Assembly (NCBI GenBank): GCA_964270895.1
Contig: OZ185436.1
Length of the DNA: 64,000 nucleotides
DNA from: Podarcis filfolensis
Taxonomy: Eukaryota
Direction: 5' to 3' (one strand)
In this document: positions 36,646 to 47,700 of the stretch, piece by piece
How positions within the stretch are numbered: position 1 is the first letter of the stretch
Layout: each line of letters begins with the position of its first letter
The notes under the pieces: model-generated
The model's input: only the letters and a program-made list of their open reading frames with translations
Told to the model about the DNA's origin: nothing
Database searches by the model: none
Made by a program: the position numbers and the translations under genes

Positions 36646-37712
36646 TATACTGTTTCTACAAGCCTATGTGATCCATGTGATGGAGCAGAGAGGGATCTCG
36701 ATCACATCTGACTAGAACACTCAGGTAGGCCCTGGTGTATTGATCAATGTGCTGTAAGCAGCTTCAGTGGCCCTAGCACAGTGGCAAAGATGCAGACTGC
36801 CCTCTTGTACCACCACCAGGCCCCTTTTTGGTCACATACCAGTTTATGGGCCGTTTTGCCAATATAGAGGTCTGATCACTACTTGAGTTTTATATTCCTG
36901 GCTGAAAACTAGCATTGCTTTGAAACAGGGCTGATTGTAGTTCCATAATTCAGAACATCAGAATTGCCTTGCACAATCAGCCCAAGATTCCTCTGCTCCA
37001 GCATTCTCTTGCCAAAAAGCAGCCAAGCAGGGCATGAGGATTATGGCTACATTCCACTCTCACTTTGTTCTCAGCTTCTGGTCTGGATACATGTACCACT
37101 TCTGAGCAGGGAAGTTCCACTTCGAAGGCATCACTCTCAGTTGGCTGCACCCTTTTGGCTAGGTGGGGGTAGGCTGTATTTTAGTAACTTGACATCTTTC
37201 TTGGGGTCCTAAGTTCCTGTTTACAAGGTCCTTTGTAAGTGGAATTCACAGGACCTCTTTTCCTTTTCTTCAGACTGGTGATGCCTGCAAACCCTGCTTT
37301 GGACCAAACCACATACCCCACATGTATGATGTCAGGTGTAGGGCAGGTGGGTGTGGCTTGGTCAAAACAGTCTCATGGGCCCATGTTCTAGACATTCTCC
37401 ACCACTGGTCTTCAACCTCCTGGTTGGATCTTGCCAGTCAGATTTTTGCCCCTATCTGAATTGGGTGGGAATAGAGTGAGCTTTAACGAGGCAGTTAAGG
37501 CAAGCTTGGAACCAGAGGAAGCTCATTTTCTTTAAACAAATCAACCTGCTAATAAGTATTACAAAATACCAAGTTCCCAATTACACAGTAAGTCTGTTGT
37601 GAAGATGAAATGGATGGTGTTGTCCCAGGGTAGACTCAGTTCCGCACTGCATGCCTGAGAGATTCCTGCCCCACCCCTCAAGCTGACGGAACCTGTTCTT
37701 TTGTATTTTCAG

Positions 37713-37838
37713 GCACTGTGCAGTCCAGCCCTGTGACAGTCTCTCCCTCAGGATCCCCTGGAGGCTCCCAATATGACAGTGACTCAGATATGGCTTTCAG
37801 TGTGAACAGGTCTTCTTCCGCTTCTGAGTCATCCCTAG
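37713..37838 (+). CDS. NEURL1B: NEURL1B coding exon 4 (Ser-rich linker); phase 1-1, 126 nt
   Basis: Acceptor ttttcag| ending 37712, donor ctag|gtaagg at 37839. (G)TVQSSPVTVSPSGSPGGSQYDSDSDMAFSVNRSSSASESSL, matching the NEURL1B DSDSDM(T/A)FSVN.SSSASESSL segment. Confidence 0.94.
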
Positions 37839-38143
37839 GTAAGGGACCCTTTCGCTTTGTGCCTCCTGCACTCTTGTTGTTTGAATACACACATTTCACC
37901 CTGCCCAAAAGTTATGAGCCAGACCTTACAAGTTGAGTCTTGCTTTGCCTGAATGAGGCATGTTGCAATTTGCACAGTGTGTGCCGAACTTCCTCTTTCT
38001 TCTCGTGACAGAGGAGCGTCCAGATTTCCTAAAGCTGCTGTTGAGGTTGTGTTAGACTTTAATGCAAGCAGATGGAAACCCTGAGAGTAACAAATGTGGT
38101 GACACCTGTTGCTGTCTGTAGGAAATATCTGTTCTATCTTCCT

Positions 38144-38287
38144 GAGGGATGGCTCAGTCGGTAAAGCATGGGACTATTAAACTCAGGGTTGTGCGTTTGA
38201 GCCCCACATAGGGCAAAATATTCCAGCCCTGCAGGGGGTTGGACTAGATGATGCTCATGGTCCCTTCTAACTCTACAATTCTGTGAA
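38144..38287 (+). mobile_element. tRNA-Lys-derived SINE with CR1-type 3' tail
   Basis: Head aligns by eye to vertebrate tRNA-Lys(CTT) (gctcagtcggta.agcatg.gact.ttaa.ctcagggt.gtg.gtt.gagccccac); tail gggttggactagatga...ggtcccttctaactctacaattct is the CR1 3' end. Confidence 0.8.
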
Positions 38288-38350
38288 GCCTAGAGAAACT
38301 AAAGCTACTTTACAAACCTGTCACACCCAGAACTCCATGGCATGATAAGT

Positions 38351-38557
38351 AAGAAGAGGAGTTTGGAGTTGATATCCTGCCTTTCACTCCCCTTAATCTC
38401 CTTTTCCCTTCCGTGAGGTGAGTGAGGCTGAGATACTTCAGATAAGTGTGACTAGCCCCAGGTCACCCAGCGGCTGCATGTGGAGGTGCGGGGAAGCGAA
38501 CCCGGTTCACCAGATTATGAGTCCACTGCTCTTAACCACTACACCACGGTGGCTCCC
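38351..38557 (-). mobile_element. tRNA/CORE SINE (Squam3-like)
   Basis: Reverse complement begins gggagccaccgtggtgtagtggttaagagcagtggactc...gaaccgggttcgcttcccc (A and B boxes), has a CORE-like body and ends in a (ctt)-type tail. Confidence 0.8.
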
Positions 38558-39954
38558 AAGAGTAGATGCCCCACTTTACCTGAACAGGAAAACCATTGCA
38601 TGGCAGCCTGTTCTAGGGGAAGGGGAGCAAGGTGCTGACCCAGTGCTCCCACAGAGCCATTGTTTGTCTATCTCAAAGGTGGGAATCTTTGGCGGATGCC
38701 AATTCTCATCAGCCCCAGCAGGCATGGCCAATGGGTGGGAATGATGGAAATGGTCATGAGTCCAACATCAGGAGGGCCGCAGGTTCCTCAGCCCTGGTCT
38801 ATTCCCACAGTGGTTTCATGAACTGCTCCAGAAGGGGCTCCTTTGGTTGGGGTCATATGGTCCCCATGTGACATTCGTAACAAGAAATGACCTTGTGTAT
38901 GAAGAGCTGTCCTATGCTATGGCTGTAACGTGGTTTTTGCAGAACCAGGGTAAATAGAACATGAAATGCAATACAAAATCATTTGTATTAAAAAACAACA
39001 ACCCAAAATGCAACTGTCACTCCACATGGTGCTACTGAAATCCTGCAAGGATTAAAGTTCCTAATGATGAGTGAAATATGGACTTCACAACCACTGAACC
39101 ACAGCTGGATGAAAGCCAATACTGCTTAATCTATCATCATGAGCTACTCTGCTCCAGAAATATTAAGTGCTGGTAAAACATCCTTTGCTGGTTCAAATCT
39201 CATGCTATAGGATTCTATTAATGGAGCTTTAGAATACAAAGTATATGATTGAAAACATTTTCTTAGTACTTTTATTTATTGAAATCTCCGACCATACAAA
39301 TATTAACGCCAGGTAGCTACGAACAGCCCCAAATCCCATTCATTAAATGCAGAGCTGATGTACCAGTTTCTGTAAATAATTTTTAAAGAAGCCAGCTTGT
39401 TTCTGTGATAAGTTTTAATATAAAATTCACCTGAATATTCTGCTATGCACTTTAGAAATGGACTTTTAAAGAAAGTACCCCACACCTTGCAAATACCATA
39501 TTTGGAAAGTTGCTGCAGCTGGCGTGACTGCCAGGCAGCAAACGGAATGGATAAGTGGTTCCTGCAACAGCCACAGCAGGGACAAATCATGATAGACAAA
39601 GTCTATCTAGCAGCACCCCCTGCAAGTCATACTGCATGTCTTTGATCTTTAAAAACCTCCTAAATGACAACTGTTTGAAACTGTAGTTTTTATGGATGTG
39701 GAAACAGGCTTGATAGAGGTTTTACTTCCCACAAGGGGTATATATGCAAACATTTCTTGAGTTCTGCTGTTCCCTCTCTGTGTCAAAGTGTTGCTGGTTT
39801 TAAAACATCCCCCAAACCTTTTTGTTCATAGCACTTTTGTCTAAAGGAAGCAACCCTTTGCGTTCCCCATTTTTCTTTGCAGCCTGACATAAGAGGCTCA
39901 GATTAAAGGGAAGTGGTTCTGACTCAAGGTTTCTCTGTTCCCCATTCCTTGCAG

Positions 39955-40199
39955 TGACTGCTCCAAGTTCACCTCTGAGCCCTCCAGTGTCTCCCGTGTT
40001 CCCACCTCCGGAGCCGTCAAGCAGCAAGAATGGCGAGTGCACCGTTTGCTTTGACAACGAGGTGGACGTGGTGATCTACACCTGTGGACACATGTGCCTC
40101 TGCAACACCTGTGGTCTTAAGCTGAAGAAACAACTCAATGCCTGCTGCCCAATCTGCCGACGGGTCATCAAAGACATTATTAAAATCTACCGCCCTTAA
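39955..40199 (+). CDS. NEURL1B: NEURL1B last coding exon (C3HC4 RING finger, stop TAA)
   Basis: Acceptor ccttgcag| ending 39954. (V)[80 protein letters not shown]. The ...KIYRP terminus marks the 1B paralog (NEURL1 ends ...KTYRSS). Confidence 0.96.
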
Positions 40200-43100
40200 A
40201 CCCCATTTCCAGCCGTCCTGAGGGTGTGTGTGGAGGGGGCGAGGGGGCAGGAGGAAGAATGTTGTTACTCATTGCCACAACTTACCGTCACCGCTTATGG
40301 GTTATTGTGCTGGTTACAGAGTGGCTCTTTTGTCTATATTTCCGTGTTTTGACCAGTAGGAACCAATCAGGGATAATTAAGTGATCTGGGAAACACTCTG
40401 GTCCTTGTAGATGCTGAAGGTACAGCTGCTGAGTGGGAAGAGCTTCATCAAGATGCTGCTCTGCTGGGTTAAGGTAGCGGTGGGGGTTGAGCTGTAAGTA
40501 CCTTTGCCATGAGGAGTCTCTCCCCACCCAGCAAAAGAAAATAACATAAAATAGACAGTGAAACCTACTTGGGCAGAAAGTACTGGAGAAAACAATTGTT
40601 TGAATTAATAATTCTGGGCACCTCCCCCCACCATGATCATGGGATATTTACTGAATTAGGCAGTTTAATTACTGAAACAGCACTCAGGCAATTTCAAGCA
40701 GGGAGGAATATAGGGGGGAGATTTAACAGAGGCACTGTGGAGTGAAATGACTCCTGTCATCTTGTAAAAATTGTGGGGAATAGGCAATGGATGACATTTG
40801 CTTCCTTCAAGGCACTTTTTCTCATTTATGGTTCAACAGGGGAAGCAGGTATGAGGAATAGTGAAGAAAAAGCTATCGATGTCCTTGGAACACAGCAAGT
40901 AAACAATCCCACTTTCCTCCTTTGTAAGTCACAGATTGAAGCTTCCTGTTGCACTGAGCAACTGTGAAGCACTTCTGTAGCTGGAGAGTGTTAACGTATT
41001 GGTAGGAGTAAGCCTCTGCATGCACAAGAGAAGCAGCGTCTTGTATGGCGGTTCTGAATCGTCACAGCAAGTAACCATGCTTAGAACCAAGCTACAAAGA
41101 AAGAAAGCTGATGGGGGGACTGTTAGGTTTCAAATGTCCAGAGTTCCCTCTTGAAATTTGTGCAAACAGCTGATGGATGTTTTCCTCTATTACTCCCCAG
41201 AGATTTTGTCAGTAAAGTATGCAGCCATGTGGAATCTCTCATTTCTTCCTCTCCAGGAAGTTGTCATCTACTCCACAATAGAGACATCTTACTGAAATTT
41301 AAAAGCCCTTTTCTTGGCATTGTTTGTTGGAAAAAGAATTTGCAAGCTATTATTAGATGCTTTTAAGATAAATGCATTTTGATTGTGGTTATAGGAACCT
41401 CTGAACTCTACACTAGCCTGAATGGGATGTGAAATGTCTTGGGGCTTTAGGGGAGAGGTGCCATGCAAGCAATAAAGCAACTTTGCTTGACCTATCTGCC
41501 GATTCTCTTTCCTTGCTCAGTCTTTGTGTGGCAGCATCCTACTACAGTGCACACAACTGTAGTTGCCCATAGGCAACCTGTCCCATTGCCATCTAAAAGC
41601 AGTAGAATTTATTCAGAGCAGGCTTTTTGCTGCTTCCACCTCAATAGAGGCATTCCATTCCATTGTGCAACAGATGCTCTAAAGCTGTGATCCTGATGTT
41701 TTATCTGATTTATGACGAGATCCTAGGATCTACTGTGGTGGAGCAGCTTGTAGGTCTTTCCAGGGCAGAAATGCTTACGTGGGAGCCTGCTAGGAGCCAT
41801 TCTCAGCCCCAATATATGGCTGCATTCTTTTCCATAAAACAGCTATTCTGAGCCTATGGGGCCCTTCTAGCAGGAAGAAGGCAGTTTTCCTTTTGGACAG
41901 CATACTTTGATATGCTGCGCTGTCAATAAGGGAAATGTAGGCCAGTGCAAATTTTGGCCATAAATGACAAGGCATGTGGATCCCTTAGTGGGGAAAATAA
42001 TACATAGTTTAAGGTGGAAGACAGCAATGGCTTTAGAGGGACAAATTATGTTTAGGGAATACGGAGTGCTTTGTAGACAAAAATGTGTGGACTAAGCTTC
42101 TCATAGTCCTTTGAGCAACATGGTAGCTGTACCTCACTGGGTAGCTGAGCCTCTTTTCTCCTCTGTCTTTAGTTTAAATGCTTTTCTAACCTTTAGCTCC
42201 TGGCAAAGTTGCTGCACTAGCATCGTTTGTAGGCTGCACTGGAAGCCAATGAATGCCAATGACACAATCCTAGCAGTCTTAAATTGCCACTGGCTACAGT
42301 TACATATTGCATAAGGAAAGGCATCAAACAAGTCAGATGAGTTTCCGTTTTCTTTAAGGTGCAGATAATATCTTTGTCAACAGGAAAGCCTGTTTCTTTT
42401 CCATTTTAGAGTGGTTTGGGACAACACTATGGTGCATGATGACTTCCAGTAACTTTATAATAGTTTTGAGTATCCTAATTACCATACGGAAATGTGAAGG
42501 GCAGCGAGGTTAGTTTAAAAATGCCATCAGTTACTCTATAAACAACTTTTGCCTACATGGAATGCAACTGCTTTGTGATGAGATAAGTAACTGAGGCCTC
42601 CTAAAACCAAACAGGAGTCCTAGTCAGTGATTAAGAATCTCCATGAGCATTTACATTTAATTTTTGCACCGTCAGCTGTTGTCTATAACCATGGAGGAGC
42701 CAATTAATAATGCAGATAATGCTATAACTGCACAACATGGGAGGCATTATGCAAGCAGCATTGTTAAAGCAAGTAACACTGCCCATCACAAGATGATTCC
42801 AGGTTGTTGCATCCACCTTAAAGAGCGGATCTTTGCATTTCTTGACCTCCACAATCAGCTTTTGCTGGTGTCAGCTTCTGACCCTGTTGTGCATGTTAAT
42901 GATGGACAGCTGAAAAGTTTAGGGGGCAGAGGAGATGTGATGCTTGAATTGAGAAAGGGAGCAGATTTAACTTGGGCTACTAGTTGCACAATAATATGTT
43001 AAAAAGAAGAGAGAAAGGGCAAAGCCACTCAGCTGATTGCAATTATTTAATCACCTGCTAAGTTAATTGCCATTGTTGGCACTGCCGTCAAGCTCTGTGC

Positions 43101-44725
43101 ATGAAAGGCAGATCCTCCAAAAGTTATTTTTCACCATCCAGCTGTCTTGCTATTTGCCGTTAATACTTCATAGAGATACTTGTGTAAAGCAAAACTTCTT
43201 ACCTTATTATGAAGCTGAGTCAAGCCAGCAACATGGAAGGGGCTGCCCACTTAGTGACATGTGTTCCAAGGGGGTCTTTCCGCTCACTCTATTTCAGGTG
43301 CTGCTAGTTGCGCATGACCACAGTGCCAGATGTTTGCCGGGGAAAAGGCATGAATATATTCCTAGCATCTCAATTCCATCCTCAATTCCATCCTGCTTAC
43401 CTAAGATGCCACTGAGCGACATAACTATGAATCAGAGTTAATTTGAATGAAATTTATTTGCCGTAGCGGCCATCACTGCAGCTAGAGTTAAGCTCTGGAG
43501 AAGCTTACCAGAAAGAAGTCAACAAATTTACATTTTTGCAGATGTAATTCTAAGGAAGGGTGACAATTTTAGTAGTCAGTGGGTTTGCTTTCTGGGTGCT
43601 GATCAGTACTGATAACTACCTTCCATTCTACTCCCAACTCCCTGTGTAACTTGGGGTTGGATTGTTCCCATCCCCTTTTTGGTGTCATAGCAAAGCACCC
43701 CCTGGGCATTGCCCTTAGATACCTTTGGGCTAGAATTAGTTTCCAAACAGCAAGCCTTTACACCACATACACCTGGCAGTAAGTCCCATTAGTCTCAACG
43801 GAGCTTACTTCTGCATTGACAAGTTGTGCTACAAGCGATCTTGGAAAGGTGTGCCTTTTTACTTTACTAGCTTCCAACTGCAGTGGTTTTTTGAAAAGAA
43901 ATTTGTAGACCTATGATAGTTCAAAATAAGTGGAGGAAAGGACACATGGTGTTTAATCTTTTCTGTTGGGAACAGACTGCCCAAAAGGAGCAGCATCTGA
44001 CATGGGCTTTATTAGGCAGAGTTAAGTCCACAGCCTAAGTGTTGCTGTGAAGCAAGCTGGGGAAGCAGCGTTAATGGACATGCAGCTTTACTTATTCCAG
44101 TCTCACAAGGAATTCTCAAACTCTGACAGACAACTTTTAGGAAGTAGAGGCTATTTAGCAACTTGTTCTTGCTATTGCTTTTTTTGTTTTGTTTTGAGAA
44201 AAGTATCTGTTCAGAAGATCTGTTTGTGCCTTATAAGGTATCTGTGCACTTTTTATCCTTTTTAATGCTACTTTTAAAAATGGAGGGAGAAAAAGACCCT
44301 AATCGATGGTTGGTAGTTTTTATAGAATTTTATGTGTTCACCAAGAACTTTGCTCTTTTTTTATATTGGAGTGAAAATTTTATGTTTTAATTGAAACTTT
44401 GCTGCCGTCCTCCTCCCCATCTCCTCTTTGTATAAAAGCTTTTTAAAAAGTTTTGAGATTTCTGAAACTTCTTGATATTTTTCTGGTTCATGACAGTGAT
44501 CTGTATATCACATTCTCAAACAAGCCAGATTTTAATCTCTCTGTAATAGAACTTTCAATGCAGATTCTTTGGGGAGGGAAGTTTGCACTTCTCTACATGT
44601 TAATACTCTCTAGCATTGTGATCTGTAGTGTGTGTGTATGTTTTTTATTTTGTTCTGTTTTACATTAATATAAAATTTTACCTGTTTTATGAAACAAATA
44701 AAATGTTGGCTTGTAAAATATTCCC
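40200..44725 (+). other. NEURL1B: Inferred NEURL1B 3' UTR (~4.5 kb)
   Basis: Runs from the stop to a U-rich terminal block (44100-44700) ending in AATAAA. The end point is inferred; an internal AATAAA at 41471-41476 and another at 44843-44848 are alternatives. Confidence 0.65.
44697..44702 (+). terminator. Candidate main polyadenylation signal of NEURL1B (AATAAA)
   Basis: Canonical hexamer at the end of a long U-rich stretch typical of mRNA 3' ends. Confidence 0.65.
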
Positions 44726-47700
44726 ACCGGCCTGAAGTGGAAAAAATGGTAAAAGCAGAGAGCATGTCTGTTATAGGCTTTAGAAGCAGCTCCTTGCAAC
44801 CTGAAACTTCTTTGATGGCTCTTGCCCAGACCTTTCACCTTCAATAAACAGGGATTTGCTGCTTAAGTTTGCCTGCACCTGTAGTACCCTTTGTTGCCTG
44901 TGGTAAAAATCCAATCTATATGCAGGACTACCACTGGTCCTGTTGTTAAGGTGACTTGTTAAAAGTTGGGGTGAAAATGAGAACAAATCAAAAGATCAAT
45001 GGCTCCAGGCCAGCATTCAGATGACCATGCCTCATGACTTTTGCCTGTTCATGTGAGCTGTGGACAATATGGTTACCTGCTTTAGACCAACCCAGCATCT
45101 GGGTTGAAGCTGATTTGAGATCCTTGATGTTTAGGAGACTTCCTAGTCTAACCACAGCTCGCACAAAGGGACTCCATACAGATTCAATGAGCTCATTCAT
45201 ATCAGATCACTGTGTAAATTTTGCAAAGAAGTCAATGATCAACTTGTCAAGTGGTGTGTTCATAGTTTGAATTACATTCTGTGAAAGGGCCTCTCTCTGC
45301 ACACTAAGGTAATTTTGACCATGAATTACATACCAACTGTAGAAACTAACCATAAGTATAAGAGTGACAGGTTTCCTTCTGTCTTTACAAGCCTATGTTA
45401 CTAGGCTAAGCCTTGCAAAGAAAAGCTTTTTCTTTTTGGAAGAGAATTATCAGAATGAGGGATTGTTGTGGATCTGCATACACAACCACCTGTTTTTGAA
45501 CGAAATGGGATACGAATGACACACAGTAGCCTGCTAATAAACTGACTACTGGGAAATGTACACAGGCTGTACCTGAGAAGGGTGATAAGCAAAATGTTGG
45601 CTAGTGTTCAATATCTGAAATTTGTGAAGCAACCCATACTGCTTAGTGTTGCCAATGCAGAGTAAACCTCTTTTTCACTCTACTCTCACACACAAAGGTG
45701 TTATGTGCAAAGCCAGTATGGAAAATTAGCAGGAGTTAGCCCCAAAAGGGGATCAACTTAACCCAACATATCCTCCACAAACTCAATGTTTATTTACCAT
45801 GTCAACTACGAGAGCTGAAAAGGCTATTCGGGTTCCACCACTACAAAGTACACTAACAAGAGTGACTTTACCACTTGTATCACTACACTCTGCTCCTGCG
45901 CAAGAGTCCTCACTCCTCTACATATGACACAGACAGTGGGGCCACAGACACGAATGATATCAGAATGCAAGACAGCTAAATGGATAGTTCAGGGGTTTCC
46001 AAGACAGCTTGCCTTCTTTTCTTTTCTTTTTAAAAGAGAAGCTATCAATTCAGCATCTTTCAACTCTAAAAGGAGTCATGGTCCCTTGCCTACCTGTAGC
46101 TGTCGGCAAATCCTCCCAGGCTTACGTTAAGCTAGGTTGTCACATCATTTTCCATTTCACTGTAGATAATTTGACAGATTCTAATGCTTGTGACATGGAA
46201 GGAAGGCGAGAGGCCCTGGAAGGTTACAAAAAGCATACAGTAGAGACAACTCCCAAACCTTTTTCACTTGACATTCAGTCACTTCAATAACTGGGCACTG
46301 TCTCTTTGTATTAGCATATTTCTTGCAAAGAGTTAAGATACCAAGACTTAACCGTAACATCTTAGGCTAACTAATTACCTGAAGGTGCAAAAGGTTTTTA
46401 ATTGATATAACTTTTCTGTCCTTCAGTTAGTAAGTAATATTTATTTAATAAAATTATATACCACTTGGTTGTAATAAAACCTCTAGGCAGTTTCAAAAAA
46501 ATGCTAAAGTTATCAATAAAAAGCAGTTATAAACAACTGAAAAATCAGCAGACAAAAAACATGTCAACATTTAAGCAACCCTATCAGGACACGCAAACAA
46601 TGTTTTAATCAGGCCCTGAAAGCAGGATACCATCTTAGATGCTAATATCAGAGGAGATTGCTCATAAGAATGTAACACGAGTTCTGTGTACACTTGTGCT
46701 GCCTTATATCCCATTAACGGAAGCATAGAATTGCTACTCACATGGTCACCTCTGCCAAAATGAATTTTCACAAATTTGCCATGCTGTCTATTACTGGGTT
46801 TATACACTTTTCAGACATTAAGCTAATCATGGAAGGCTTCCACTTTAAGAGCAGTTATGTGTGGAAACAAGTGAGACGTGTGACTTGGACTTCCTGTACA
46901 TATTTAAACAACTCTTGGGAGCAAATAAAAGACCAATGATGGGCAAGCAACCAGAAAAAGTGTGTCTCTGTCACAATTAATGTGATTGAGAACACGGCTT
47001 GAAAAGCACAATACTTCCATCATTTCCATCCCACTGTGCTGTTGCTCATTTAGGTGGCCCTTCCAGGTCTTAGTTTCTCAGAGAGAGAAACAAACAAACA
47101 ATGGAAATAAATAATCTAAAACCACTTCTAATGCAACCTGCTTGGTTATTTGGACACAAGCATGGCAGTTAATGCTGTCTGGAAATGGTGAATGCATTTG
47201 AATTTCAGTTTAATCATTATAACGGGTCAAAGTCTCAAGTTGCTGCCAAGAACCTTCTCTTTATCAGGACTCCAGGGAATTCTGGGTGTGGTGCAATCTG
47301 CTCCATGTGCCTCTCCATTGGGAAGGAAGCCAGTGTTGAGACTTGATGGGTTTTTGGGTTATTAACACCGTAAGGTTGGCTGCCACCCACAGTGCAGCTT
47401 GGACTACGGTGAACAGAACACAATGGCTCCTCATCAGTCAATTCAAGCCCAAGATACTTCCTTGCCATGTGCTTTGCTGTCTGTCAAGCCCAAGCACAAT
47501 TTAGGAACAAGGCAAAGTGAGAGACATTCAACCAAGTAAAATTTGCAACTGGAGTGCTAGGACAACTGAAGGTGGGGGTTGGTATGGGAAGCCATCCTGC
47601 AGTCAGTTGATAATACTAGCCCTCTGGTCTTCACCGTGACTTTCACCTCATATACTACAATAAGAAGCCTTTATCTCCTACAATATAACATGGGTCTGGG

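Noticed and set aside
38144-38215. Apparent tRNA-Lys gene
   Set aside because: Acceptor stem and anticodon arm are disrupted and it runs into a CR1 tail, so it is a SINE head.
42664-43441. 112- and 124-aa ORFs within the NEURL1B 3' UTR
   Set aside because: TTG starts, no recognisable homology or splice sites; lengths expected by chance.
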